Source of the DNA: Verrucomicrobium spinosum
GTDB lineage: Bacteria; Verrucomicrobiota; Verrucomicrobiia; JADLBR01; JAIBCM01
Assembly: GCA_020718645.1 (NCBI GenBank)
Contig: DYRQ01000002.1
Location: 4,781-68,780 of the forward strand
Reading direction: 5' to 3'
Length of the DNA: 64,000 nucleotides
The notes beneath the pieces are model-generated. The model ran no database searches. It was not told the origin of the DNA and was given only the letters and a program-made list of their open reading frames with translations. The translations under genes were made by a program, and so were the position numbers. Positions 1 through 8,935 of this stretch are shown here, piece by piece. Position 1 is the stretch's first letter. Each line of letters opens with the position of its first letter.

Positions 1-256
1 TCCGTCTCGGACATTCCTTCGGTATTCAGGTAGCGTGGGCGAGCCTGCGGCTGCGGGGCTGGGGGTTCCATTTGGATCATTTCCAAGACAGGTGGCGGTC
101 CCTGAGGGGGCACCACAGTGGGTGGCGGAGTGAGCAAAGGAATCCACCCGCTCGCAGCAACGAGCAGCACCGCCGCGTGGGCTAGCAGCGAGAGCAACGC
201 GGGGAAACCGTATCTTTGTTTTTTGCGGGCAGTGCTCAACTTACCGATCCTAGTCA
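1..256 (-). CDS. Partial CDS running off the window start. Membrane-anchored, proline-rich (TonB-like) N-terminus.
   Basis: The reverse-strand ATG at 254-256 opens MTRIGKLSTARKKQRYGFPALLSLLAHAAVLLVAASGWIPLL (a TM helix), followed by the Pro-rich stretch PPPTVVPPQGPPPV...PPAPQPQARP. It is absent from the ORF track because it has no in-window stop. Confidence 0.35.
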
Positions 257-679
257 TCTCTCACGCAAAGAGCAATCCCCGAGAGAGAGCGTTCTTGCTG
301 GTTGAGTCATCATTTTCCGCGAACTCCAAAACGACAGAATTACAATGGTTAGGGACACAATAGAGACGGCAACAAGGATTCAGAACATGGGTGGCACTTT
401 TCAAATGGCAGAGACCATCTGAGAGAAGCTGGTAACGCTATGGAAGGCAACACGAAGGTATGATGGACGAGAATATACAATTGGAGGTGAAGCAACGGGG
501 CGCTTCCGTCAAAGTCAAGGCGCAGTGGGGGGCATTCTTTACACCATATACCAGAATAAAAATCTCAGTTTACATATCAACATATCCAGATATGTTTATG
601 TGTTGTTGACTTGACCTTGGGATCGCGTTGTGGGATGAGGCGGTTTCTCGGTCGGTCACGAGTTGGAGTATAGAAAAAT

Positions 680-3600
680 ATGAGCACACAAAAACGGCCA
701 GATACAACGGCGGAATTGACTGGGTTATTATCAGAAAAAGTTCTGATGATTGACGGTGCCATGGGCACCATGGTGCAACGCCACAAGCTGGAAGAATCCG
801 ACTTTCGCGGCGCTCGTTTTGCCGCGCATAGCCACGATCTCAAGGGGAACAACGACCTGCTCTGCCTCACCCGCCCTGATGTGATCTGCGGTATCCACAA
901 GCTCTATCTCGAGGCTGGCTCCGACATCATCGAGACGAATACTTTTAACAGCAACAGCCTTTCCCAAGAGGATTATGGCCTATCGCATATTGTTCCAGAG
1001 TTGAACCGGGCCGCTGCTGCGGTGGCTCGGCAAGCTGCTGACGAGGTCATGGCCGCGCAACCTGGGCGCCGCGCTTTTGTTGCCGGGGCCATCGGGCCTC
1101 TCGGTAAAACGCTTTCTATTTCTCGGGATGTCAACAACCCAGGGGCGCGTGATGTAACTTTTCAACAGGTCGTCGCGGCCTATTTCGAGCAGATCGAAAA
1201 TTTGGTGGAGGGTGGTGCGGACATTCTTTTGGTCGAAACCATCTTCGATACGCTGAACGCCAAAGCTGCGCTGTTCGCTATTTCAGAATATTTTGATAAG
1301 ACTGGCTACCGCCTGCCTGTGATGGTCTCAGGCACTCTCACCGATCTTTCGGGGCGCACGCTCACCGGGCAAACTGCCGAGGCTTTTCTCACTTCGGTGT
1401 CGCACTTTCCACTTTTGAGTATCGGCTTTAATTGCGCCTTGGGACCAAAAGAGATGCGCTCCTACATCGAGGAACTCGCGCAGAAATCCCCGTTCTTTGT
1501 GAGCTGCTACCCCAATGCGGGTTTGCCTGATCCACTTTCTCCAACGGGCTTTCCTGAGACGCCCGAGACCCTCGCTCCACAGGTGCGCGAATGGGCTGAA
1601 AACGGCTGGGTCAATGTCCTTGGCGGGTGCTGCGGCACGACGCCGGATCACATCCGCGCCATCGCCGAGTCGGTGCGCGGTATCACGCCGCGTCGCAGAC
1701 CTCATCTCACGCCCACGCTCCGCCTCAGCGGGTTGGAGCCTTTTGTGGCCAGACCCGAGATCACATTCATCAATGTCGGCGAGCGCACGAATATCACCGG
1801 TTCGCCCAAATTCGCCAAACTCATCAAAGAGGATAAATACGATGAGGCTCTGGCCGTCGCGAAACAGCAAGTCGAGGCCGGGGCTCAGATCATAGACATC
1901 AACATGGACGAGGGCATGGTGGATGGAGTTGCCGCGATGACTCGCTTCCTCAACCTGATCGCCAGCGAACCCGACATTTGTCGTGTGCCTGTGATGATAG
2001 ATTCATCTAAATGGCCGGTGATTGAAGCGGGCTTGCGCTGCGTGCAGGGCAAGTGCGTGGTCAACTCGATCTCCCTGAAAGAGGGGGAAGATAATTTCCG
2101 CCACCAGGCGAGGCTCATCCGCCGCTATGGCGCTGCGGCGGTTGTCATGGCGTTCGACGAAAAAGGCCAAGCCGATTCACTCGCCCGCAGGATTGAAATC
2201 TGTCGCCGTGCTTACGACATCCTCGTGAAAGAGGTGGGTTTCCCCGCTGAAGATATTATTTTCGACCCCAATGTGCTGACGGTGGGCACGGGCATCGAAG
2301 AGCATGCCAACTACGCCGTGGACTTCATCGAGTCGGTGCGTTGGATCAAACAGAACCTCCCACACGCACGCGTGAGCGGCGGCATCAGCAATATCTCTTT
2401 CTCGTTCCGTGGCAATAATCCAGTGCGCGAGGCCATGCACTCGGCTTTCCTCTACCACGCCATCCGCGCTGGGCTCGATATGGGCATTGTCAATGCCGGC
2501 ATGCTCGCTGTCTATGAGGATATACCGGCGGAGTTACTCGAGTTGGTTGAGGAGGTATTACTCAACCGGCGCCCCGATGCGACCGAGAGACTGGTCGCGT
2601 ATGCCGACAAAATCAAAAGCGATACGACCGTTCAAGGTCAGGGCGCTGTCCAGGCGACTGCGGCGTGGCGCGAGGCCGCCGTCGAGGAGCGGCTCAAACA
2701 CGCTCTCGTCAAGGGGCAGACCGATTTTATTGACGCGGACACCGAAGAGGCACGCCTCAAACTGGGTCGTCCTTTGGCCGTGATTGAAGGCCCCCTCATG
2801 GATGGCATGAAAGAGGTCGGCGAGCTATTCGGCGCGGGCAAGATGTTTCTGCCGCAGGTGGTCAAAAGCGCGCGGGTGATGAAACGCGCCGTCGCATGGC
2901 TGACGCCCTACATGGAGGCTGAAAAAGCCGGTAACCCCGACGCCAAAGCGCGCCCAAAAATCCTGCTCGCTACAGTGAAGGGCGATGTCCATGACATAGG
3001 CAAAAATATAGTGGGTGTAGTGCTTGCTTGTAACGACTACGAGGTCGTGGACATCGGCGTCATGACGCCCTGTGAGAAAATTCTCGAGGCCGCCCGCCAG
3101 CACCAAGCCGACATCATCGGTCTCTCGGGCCTGATTACTCCCTCGCTCGATGAGATGATCCATGTGTCCAAGGAAATGGAGCGCGGCGGTTTCACCCAGC
3201 CCTTGCTGGTGGGCGGTGCGACTACGAGCAAAGCGCACACAGCTTGGAAAATCTCGCCCCATTACTCGGGCGGAGTCATCCATGTCCTCGATGCCTCCCG
3301 CGTGGTGAATGTCGCCTCCTCGCTTCTGCATCCCGACCAGTCGGTCACCTACAAGGAGTCGTTGCGCACGGAATACAATCAACTCCGCGAAGAGCTGGAG
3401 TCCCGCAGTTCTGCTCCATCGCTGCTGCCCCTCGAGAAGGCGAGAGCCAATGCCTACCGTGCGGATTGGTCCACCTGCGAAATAGCTGTCCCCGAGTGGA
3501 CAGGGCTCAAATCGTTCGACGCATTTCCGCTGGCGGAACTGGTGGGCTACATAGATTGGTCGCCCTTTTTCCATGCGTGGGAACTGCGCGGGCGTTACCC

Positions 3601-4396
3601 GAACATCCTCGAAGATCCTCTCTGCGGACAGCAGGCCCAAGAGCTTTTTGCTGATGCAAAGGAAATGCTCGACGAGATAGTTCGGGAAAACCTTTTTACG
3701 GCGCGGGCGAGCGTGGGATTCTTCTGCGCTAACTCGGTCGGCGATGATATAGAACTCTACGCCGATGCCTCGCTCGGGCAGGTCGTCTCCACGATACACA
3801 CACTGCGTCAGCAGGCGTCTCGCACCGATGGCCAACCCAACTACGCCCTCGCTGATTTCGTCGCTCCGAAAACGAGCGGGCGCACCGACTACCTAGGCGC
3901 TTTTGCCGTCACCACCGGCCACGGTGTGAGCGAACTGGCCGCCCGCTACGAGGCGGAACACGACGATTACCGTGCTTTGTTGGCCAAGGCATTGGCAGAT
4001 CGTTTGGCCGAAGCTTTTGCCGAATGCCTGCACAAACGCGTGCGCGAGGCCTGGGGCTACGGCAGGAGCGAAGCACTCTCGGCAGAGGATCTGATCCGCG
4101 AACGCTATCGTGGCATCCGCCCCGCTCCCGGCTATCCCGCCTGCCCCGACCATACTGAGAAACGCGAACTTTTCCGCCTCCTCGAGGCTGGAGCTCGCGC
4201 TGGCATGGAGCTGACTGAAAATTGTGCCATGACCCCAGCCAGCTCCGTGAGCGGCTTCTATTTTTCTCATCCATCCAGCCGCTATTTTGCTGTGGGAAAA
4301 ATCGGGCAGGATCAAATAGAGGATTATGCCCAGCGCAAGGGAGAATCAGTCAAGGAAATGGAACGGTGGCTCTCCCCGTGGCTCGCCTACCGCTGA
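680..4396 (+). CDS. metH: Cobalamin-dependent methionine synthase
   Basis: A 1238-aa ORF. It contains the Hcy-binding, pterin-binding (DINMDEG), B12-binding ([10 protein letters not shown]) and AdoMet activation domains in the canonical order. Confidence 0.95.
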   Translation: MSTQKRPDTTAELTGLLSEKVLMIDGAMGTMVQRHKLEESDFRGARFAAHSHDLKGNNDLLCLTRPDVICGIHKLYLEAGSDIIETNTFNSNSLSQEDYGLSHIVPELNRAAAAVARQAADEVMAAQPGRRAFVAGAIGPLGKTLSISRDVNNPGARDVTFQQVVAAYFEQIENLVEGGADILLVETIFDTLNAKAALFAISEYFDKTGYRLPVMVSGTLTDLSGRTLTGQTAEAFLTSVSHFPLLSIGFNCALGPKEMRSYIEELAQKSPFFVSCYPNAGLPDPLSPTGFPETPETLAPQVREWAENGWVNVLGGCCGTTPDHIRAIAESVRGITPRRRPHLTPTLRLSGLEPFVARPEITFINVGERTNITGSPKFAKLIKEDKYDEALAVAKQQVEAGAQIIDINMDEGMVDGVAAMTRFLNLIASEPDICRVPVMIDSSKWPVIEAGLRCVQGKCVVNSISLKEGEDNFRHQARLIRRYGAAAVVMAFDEKGQADSLARRIEICRRAYDILVKEVGFPAEDIIFDPNVLTVGTGIEEHANYAVDFIESVRWIKQNLPHARVSGGISNISFSFRGNNPVREAMHSAFLYHAIRAGLDMGIVNAGMLAVYEDIPAELLELVEEVLLNRRPDATERLVAYADKIKSDTTVQGQGAVQATAAWREAAVEERLKHALVKGQTDFIDADTEEARLKLGRPLAVIEGPLMDGMKEVGELFGAGKMFLPQVVKSARVMKRAVAWLTPYMEAEKAGNPDAKARPKILLATVKGDVHDIGKNIVGVVLACNDYEVVDIGVMTPCEKILEAARQHQADIIGLSGLITPSLDEMIHVSKEMERGGFTQPLLVGGATTSKAHTAWKISPHYSGGVIHVLDASRVVNVASSLLHPDQSVTYKESLRTEYNQLREELESRSSAPSLLPLEKARANAYRADWSTCEIAVPEWTGLKSFDAFPLAELVGYIDWSPFFHAWELRGRYPNILEDPLCGQQAQELFADAKEMLDEIVRENLFTARASVGFFCANSVGDDIELYADASLGQVVSTIHTLRQQASRTDGQPNYALADFVAPKTSGRTDYLGAFAVTTGHGVSELAARYEAEHDDYRALLAKALADRLAEAFAECLHKRVREAWGYGRSEALSAEDLIRERYRGIRPAPGYPACPDHTEKRELFRLLEAGARAGMELTENCAMTPASSVSGFYFSHPSSRYFAVGKIGQDQIEDYAQRKGESVKEMERWLSPWLAYR

Positions 4397-4425
4397 AATG
4401 AGAGGCAGATCGGGGTCGCCGAAAG

Positions 4426-5475
4426 CTACTGAGCCAATTGCAGACACAGGATGGCTGCCAGTGAACTGATGCTGATGAACAGCCAGAGCCAGAGCCCAGT
4501 AGCCACGGTCTTCCACCCGACTTGTTTTACAGCGTGCAGAGACACGCTCGAGCCGACGAGCAAGAGCACAACCACCATGCCGCGTCTGGCGCATTCTGTG
4601 AGAATGGGTGATACCGCAGACAGCGAGGGAAAACAGCTTCGCACTAGGGAAGCGCCGAGGAACAGCGCGATGAACCAAGGCACTTGGGGAGCAGGAGCGG
4701 CACTGGGGGAGGCCGTGGGAGAGCAGAGGGAATGCTCTCGTGTTTTTTGCAAATAGGCGAAGGACAGGCTCACAGGCACAATCCAGAGAGTCCTCGAGAG
4801 TTTCACCGCAGTGGCAGTATCGAGCGCGTCTTTTCCAAAACTCAGACTAGCCCCGACCACAGAGGATATATCGTGAATGGCTATGCCCGACCACAGGCCA
4901 AACTGGGCTTGGCTCAAATCGAGGGCGTGACCAATCGCAGGGAAAATAAACAGCGCAGCGGCATTGAGAAGAAATATGGTGGCGAGTGAAACGGCCACCT
5001 CTGCCTCGCTCGCCAGAATCACTGCGCTCACTGCCGCAATAGCTGACCCGCCACAGACTGCGGTTCCAGAAGCGATCAGCACACTGGTTTTCCATCCCAG
5101 TTTCATTTTGTCGCCGAGCCATAGACCCAATACGACCGTCATGCCGATCGTGGCCGCAGCAAAGAGAAACCCATCCCAACCCAACCTCAACACCGTTGGG
5201 AGATCCATGCCAAATCCCAACCCGATAACGCAGGCTTGCAACAGCCATTGGCCGAGAGGATAGCGGGAGTGGCCAGGAGGGCGGCCAACCGCGAGCCGCA
5301 ACAGGACTCCTCCCAGCAACGCAACAGGTGGAGAGGCGACATACAGCAAGACGGCACCTGTGATCAGCCAGATAGCAGCCGCACGGATTCCGCGGAAACG
5401 GGCGGCGTGTATCAAACTACTTTCACTGACTGGAGGAGCTGTTGGCAACGGGGTCATCTCCCGGGACACTGCCAC
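4426..5475 (-). CDS. YeiH / putative sulfate exporter (PSE, UPF0324) family membrane protein
   Basis: 349 aa, polytopic. It has a GTAVCGGSAIAA motif typical of YeiH. A divergently transcribed LysR regulator follows the classic yeiE/yeiH arrangement. Confidence 0.6.
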   Translation of the reverse strand: MAVSREMTPLPTAPPVSESSLIHAARFRGIRAAAIWLITGAVLLYVASPPVALLGGVLLRLAVGRPPGHSRYPLGQWLLQACVIGLGFGMDLPTVLRLGWDGFLFAAATIGMTVVLGLWLGDKMKLGWKTSVLIASGTAVCGGSAIAAVSAVILASEAEVAVSLATIFLLNAAALFIFPAIGHALDLSQAQFGLWSGIAIHDISSVVGASLSFGKDALDTATAVKLSRTLWIVPVSLSFAYLQKTREHSLCSPTASPSAAPAPQVPWFIALFLGASLVRSCFPSLSAVSPILTECARRGMVVVLLLVGSSVSLHAVKQVGWKTVATGLWLWLFISISSLAAILCLQLAQ

Positions 5476-5505
5476 AAAATAATATATAGAACAAAGACAT
5501 TGTTA

Positions 5506-5532
5506 TTATAACAAGAATAACTAAAAGTTATA
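5506..5532. promoter_or_regulatory. Candidate LTTR operator, an inverted repeat TTATAAC...GTTATA, in the AT-rich divergent promoter between the YeiH-like gene and lysR
   Basis: The imperfect dyad TATAAC (5507-5512) / GTTATA (5527-5532) sits in a 59-nt AT-rich intergenic region. It resembles the T-N11-A LysR box architecture. Confidence 0.25.
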
Positions 5533-5534
5533 CC

Positions 5535-6446
5535 ATGAACCGCAACCATCTCGCCCTCTTCCACGCTGTAGCGCAAGCGGGAAGCATCACTCATGGAGCC
5601 ACCGAGGCTGGAGTCAGCCAGCCAGCGGTATCCAAGCAGATTTCCGAGTTGGAAGAGGCGCTCGGCGTGCAACTCCTCGAGCGGTTGCCGCGCGGATGCC
5701 GGCTGACGGAGGCGGGACGGATTCTGTCTGGTTTCGCCAGTCGCTGGTGTTTGATCGAGAAGGAGGCGGACCGCGCCATGGAGGATTACCGTGGGCTGAA
5801 GCGGGGACGGCTGGCTATCGGGGCAAGCATGACCGTCGGCGCCTATCTCTTGCCTTGGGCCCTGGGAGAGTTCCATGCACAGACTCCAGAAATCGAGATT
5901 CAAATCGAGATAGCCAACACGCAGCGCATCCGGGAATACTTGCTGGATGGGTCAGTCGAGATTGGTTTGACCGAGGGACCCATCGAGGATGATGAACTCG
6001 AATCCAAGGTGTTTTTTCACGATGAACTGGTGGCAATAGCCCCGGCTGGCCACGCGCTTCTTAAAAAGAAAAAAATCGCTGCGAGCGATCTCTGCCGCGA
6101 GCCGTTTATAGCACGCGAGGAAGGCTCTGGCACTCGCGCTGTCGTCGAGAGGGCTCTACGGCGCAGAGGCTTGAAAATTGAGCCGCTGCTATCCTTGTCT
6201 AGCCCAGAGGCCATCAAGAATATGGTCGTGGCAGGACTGGGGATTGCCGTGGTCTCCCGGCTCATTATCCAGCAGGAATTACGAACAGGGCTGCTAGAGA
6301 TTATCCCGGTCAAAGACATGGTGATCCGGCGCCCGCTCTATTGGCAGCGCGTCCGACACCGGGGAGAAAGCCCTGCTACAGCACGCTTTTTGAAGCAGTG
6401 GTTTCGCCATGCCAAAGCACTGGAAGCCGCGACCAGCGGGGGTTGA
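5535..6446 (+). CDS. LysR-family transcriptional regulator
   Basis: The N-terminal HTH (LALFHAVAQAGSITHGATEAGVSQPAVSKQISELEE) and a C-terminal substrate-binding domain are present. The gene is divergent from the YeiH-like transporter. Confidence 0.85.
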   Translation: MNRNHLALFHAVAQAGSITHGATEAGVSQPAVSKQISELEEALGVQLLERLPRGCRLTEAGRILSGFASRWCLIEKEADRAMEDYRGLKRGRLAIGASMTVGAYLLPWALGEFHAQTPEIEIQIEIANTQRIREYLLDGSVEIGLTEGPIEDDELESKVFFHDELVAIAPAGHALLKKKKIAASDLCREPFIAREEGSGTRAVVERALRRRGLKIEPLLSLSSPEAIKNMVVAGLGIAVVSRLIIQQELRTGLLEIIPVKDMVIRRPLYWQRVRHRGESPATARFLKQWFRHAKALEAATSGG

Positions 6447-6479
6447 TCGTCTCTCGGGTCGGGGAAGGTGTCGCCGCAA

Positions 6480-7277
6480 TCAGGAGTGTTTTTCGCACCC
6501 GTCGTTGTGGTGATGCTCTTCCTCATCGTGAGAGTGGTCATGGTGTCCCGTGCATCCGCTGGCACCTGGTTCAGCTTTGGTGAGTGAGCCCGCTTTCCAT
6601 TCTTGTATCCAATTCTCCCAAGAGCCTAGGTGGTCGGCGGGAATGAGGTAGGCCTGGATTCCAGCGCGAGTCAACAGGGCGAGAGCCCGTTCGCCTAAAC
6701 CACCCGCCAGCACGATGTTGACCTCTTGGCGGGCCAGCCACGCAGGGTAGGCGCCTGGCTTGTGCTCGGGCGCGGAATGTAAGTCGTGCGAGAGCACTTG
6801 TCCCGTGCAAGACTCCACCTCGATCAAGTAGAAATGGCTGGCGCCACCGAAATGTGAACAGAAGTCGTCAGATCCCCAAGGGAGAGCGATGCGAACGGAC
6901 TGAGTCTTCTGGAGTGAGACAGAACCCAAAAGATCGCAGGCAGTAGCCACGGACTGTTCGCAAGGAACTTTGAGCTCTTTTTTTAAGATAGCACAGTGAG
7001 TTGCACCTACCTGCTCGGCAAAACGGCGTTCCAAATCTTCCCGTTGGTCTGGGGCTAGGGTGATAGCCGCGTGCAGGGCGCCGCAGCGACCATCAGGCGC
7101 TCTTCCGCTGCCGAAAGGGCGGAACGATTCGATAGGCTCTTCGGCATTCCCCTTGTGCTCTTGCCAAGCATGGAGAACGGATTGCGCACAGTTGAGCCGC
7201 TCGGGGAGTTGGCGGAATACTGATAAAGCAGTCTTTTTCATGGTTGTGGGCATATGCTCATAACTGCGTGGCGTCAA
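6480..7277 (-). CDS. Fusion protein. N-terminal C_GCAxxG_C_C-like redox domain, C-terminal NifX/NifB-type (dinitrogenase FeMo-cofactor, MTH1175-like) domain, and a His-rich C-terminal tail.
   Basis: The N-terminus (LNCAQSVLHAW...GRCGALHAAITLA) fits the C_GCAxxG_C_C family. The region SHFGGASHFYLIEVE...IVLAGGLGERALALLTRAGIQAY fits the Nitro_FeMo-Co fold. The tail GHHDHSHDEEEHHHNDGCEKHS looks metal-binding. Alternative starts are possible at 7253 or 7241. Confidence 0.6.
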   Translation of the reverse strand: MTPRSYEHMPTTMKKTALSVFRQLPERLNCAQSVLHAWQEHKGNAEEPIESFRPFGSGRAPDGRCGALHAAITLAPDQREDLERRFAEQVGATHCAILKKELKVPCEQSVATACDLLGSVSLQKTQSVRIALPWGSDDFCSHFGGASHFYLIEVESCTGQVLSHDLHSAPEHKPGAYPAWLARQEVNIVLAGGLGERALALLTRAGIQAYLIPADHLGSWENWIQEWKAGSLTKAEPGASGCTGHHDHSHDEEEHHHNDGCEKHS

Positions 7278-7322
7278 TTTTTTTTCTTTGCCCAGTCTCG
7301 TCCCCGCCTCTACGCACTAGCT

Positions 7323-7652
7323 ATGGCCAGACCACCTTGCCCACGCCGAATCAAAGGCGAGGCCCCTATAGCCTGTTTCAAACCAGTAGGAGTTCCTCTG
7401 GGCGACTTGCAGGAAATTACCCTGACTGCCGACGAATGGGAGGCGCTGAGATTGGCGGATTGCGCCGGTTGTTACCATGCGGAGGCCGCCGCGTGTATGG
7501 GGGTCTCCAGGCAAACTTTCGACCGCATTTTGCGGCGCGCCCGCGGACAGGTCGCCTGTGCTTTGGTGCACGGCCACGCTTTGCGAATCGAACGAGCGGC
7601 GGATCGCATTTCGAATTGTTCTCCCGGTGGCAGAGCCAAGCGAAATTGCTGA
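7323..7652 (+). CDS. DUF134 / UPF0251 family predicted DNA-binding protein
   Basis: The sequence MARPPCPRRIKGEAPIACFKPVGVPLGDLQEITLTADEWEALRLADCAGCYHAEAAACMGVSRQTFDRILRRARGQVACALVHGHALRIE closely matches the DUF134 consensus (PRxxKxRR..., FKP.G.PL, sigma-70 region 4-like HTH). It is divergent from the NifX-like gene with only a 45-nt spacer. Confidence 0.8.
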   Translation: MARPPCPRRIKGEAPIACFKPVGVPLGDLQEITLTADEWEALRLADCAGCYHAEAAACMGVSRQTFDRILRRARGQVACALVHGHALRIERAADRISNCSPGGRAKRNC

Positions 7653-7705
7653 GTGACTCTCTTGGGAGCGACTGGGTTCAAAGACGGCGACGGCTCCAGT
7701 TTTTG

Positions 7706-8911
7706 CTAGACCGCCGTCGCTGTGTGATCCTCGAACTGCTGGCGGATCGCGAGAAATTCATCTAGGTGCTGGAGGAAGATGTCCACGATTTTCGGCTCGA
7801 AATGCGTGCCTCGTCCCTCGGTGATAATCTCCACACAGCGCTCGTGTGAAAAGGGCTCTTTGTAAGGGCGCTTCGTGCTGAGTGCATCGTAAACATCGGC
7901 CAACGCCACGATACGGCAGGACTCGGGGATGTGCTCTCCAGCGATCCGGTTCGGATAGCCTGTGCCATCCCATTTCTCGTGGTGGCCGAGCGCGACTTCG
8001 CAGCTCAGGGCAATGACAGGATCATCGTTGCCGCCCAAAATTCCAGCGCCAATGATGCAATGTTTTTCCATCGCTGCGCGTTCCATGAAATCAAGTTTAC
8101 CAGGCTTGTTGAGGATGGCATCAGGCACACCAACTTTACCGACATCGTGCATGGCCGAGGCGATGCGTAGGAGATCGGTGTTGTCCTCGTCCCAGCCGCA
8201 GCCACGGGCTAAAAGCTCGGAGTAAAGGCTGACGCGGGTGATGTGGTTAGCGGTTTCTTTGTCGCGCCACTCCGCAGCAATACCAAGGCGGCGGAGCGTG
8301 TCCAAATGCGCGGCGCGGAGGCTCGCGGTGAGGCGGGCATTCTCGATGGCCACCGCGGCTTGGCTGGCGACAGCGCGGGCGATTTCTATGTCCTCGGAAA
8401 AGAAGGGAGTCGGCGACTCCCCGCCGCCGGCATTGATGAGCTGGAGCACACCGACCACGCTGCCCGAGAGATTTTTCATCGGGATCGCCAGCATAGAAAC
8501 CGTGGTGTAATCGTTCTCTAAATCAAAGCGGTTATTGTGGGTGAACGGCGAACCGGCAGGGAGGGAACGCACATCGTCGAGCACGATAGTTTCCCCCCTG
8601 ACCGCGCAGGCGCCAGCGACTGATTCCGTGGTGATCTGGACCGTGAAACTGGTGAAAAGCCCTTTGGCTTTTTCGCCTCCGAGTCGTTGCTCCAAGCTCA
8701 GACAACGGGCCGCCGAGGATTCGAGGTGCCCGGGACGGGTCAGGAAAAGCGTGCCTGCATCAGCGCGGGTGACCCTCAGGAGGGCGTTGAGGATTTTCCC
8801 CATCAGCTTGTCGAGATCCTGCTCTGCCGAGAGGTGGAGGCAGATTTCCATCAAGCTTTGCAGCGGGAAACGGGGCTGGTCAGGCTGTGGTGTTGCTGGG
8901 GTTGTTGTCAT
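7706..8911 (-). CDS. GAF-domain HD-GYP phosphodiesterase (c-di-GMP)
   Basis: An N-terminal GAF domain is followed by a C-terminal HD-GYP domain, with the motifs HDVGKVGVPDAILNKPGKL and HHEKWDGTGYP. Confidence 0.85.
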   Translation of the reverse strand: MTTTPATPQPDQPRFPLQSLMEICLHLSAEQDLDKLMGKILNALLRVTRADAGTLFLTRPGHLESSAARCLSLEQRLGGEKAKGLFTSFTVQITTESVAGACAVRGETIVLDDVRSLPAGSPFTHNNRFDLENDYTTVSMLAIPMKNLSGSVVGVLQLINAGGGESPTPFFSEDIEIARAVASQAAVAIENARLTASLRAAHLDTLRRLGIAAEWRDKETANHITRVSLYSELLARGCGWDEDNTDLLRIASAMHDVGKVGVPDAILNKPGKLDFMERAAMEKHCIIGAGILGGNDDPVIALSCEVALGHHEKWDGTGYPNRIAGEHIPESCRIVALADVYDALSTKRPYKEPFSHERCVEIITEGRGTHFEPKIVDIFLQHLDEFLAIRQQFEDHTATAV

Positions 8912-8935
8912 AAGGGTGGTTCTTCGTGAGGGCGG

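Noticed and set aside
2825-3835. 336-aa reverse-strand ORF inside metH, plus many other ORFs of 60-200 aa antisense to metH
   Set aside because: They lie entirely within, and antisense to, a confidently identified 1238-aa gene. High GC suppresses stop codons on the opposite strand. The translations are Arg/Pro/Gly-rich low-complexity sequence with no domain signal.
7689-7725. Possible bidirectional terminator hairpin (GCGACGGC...GCCGTCGC) between the convergent DUF134 and HD-GYP genes
   Set aside because: The stem is only 8 bp, the loop is about 18 nt and there is no U-tract. This is too weak to call.
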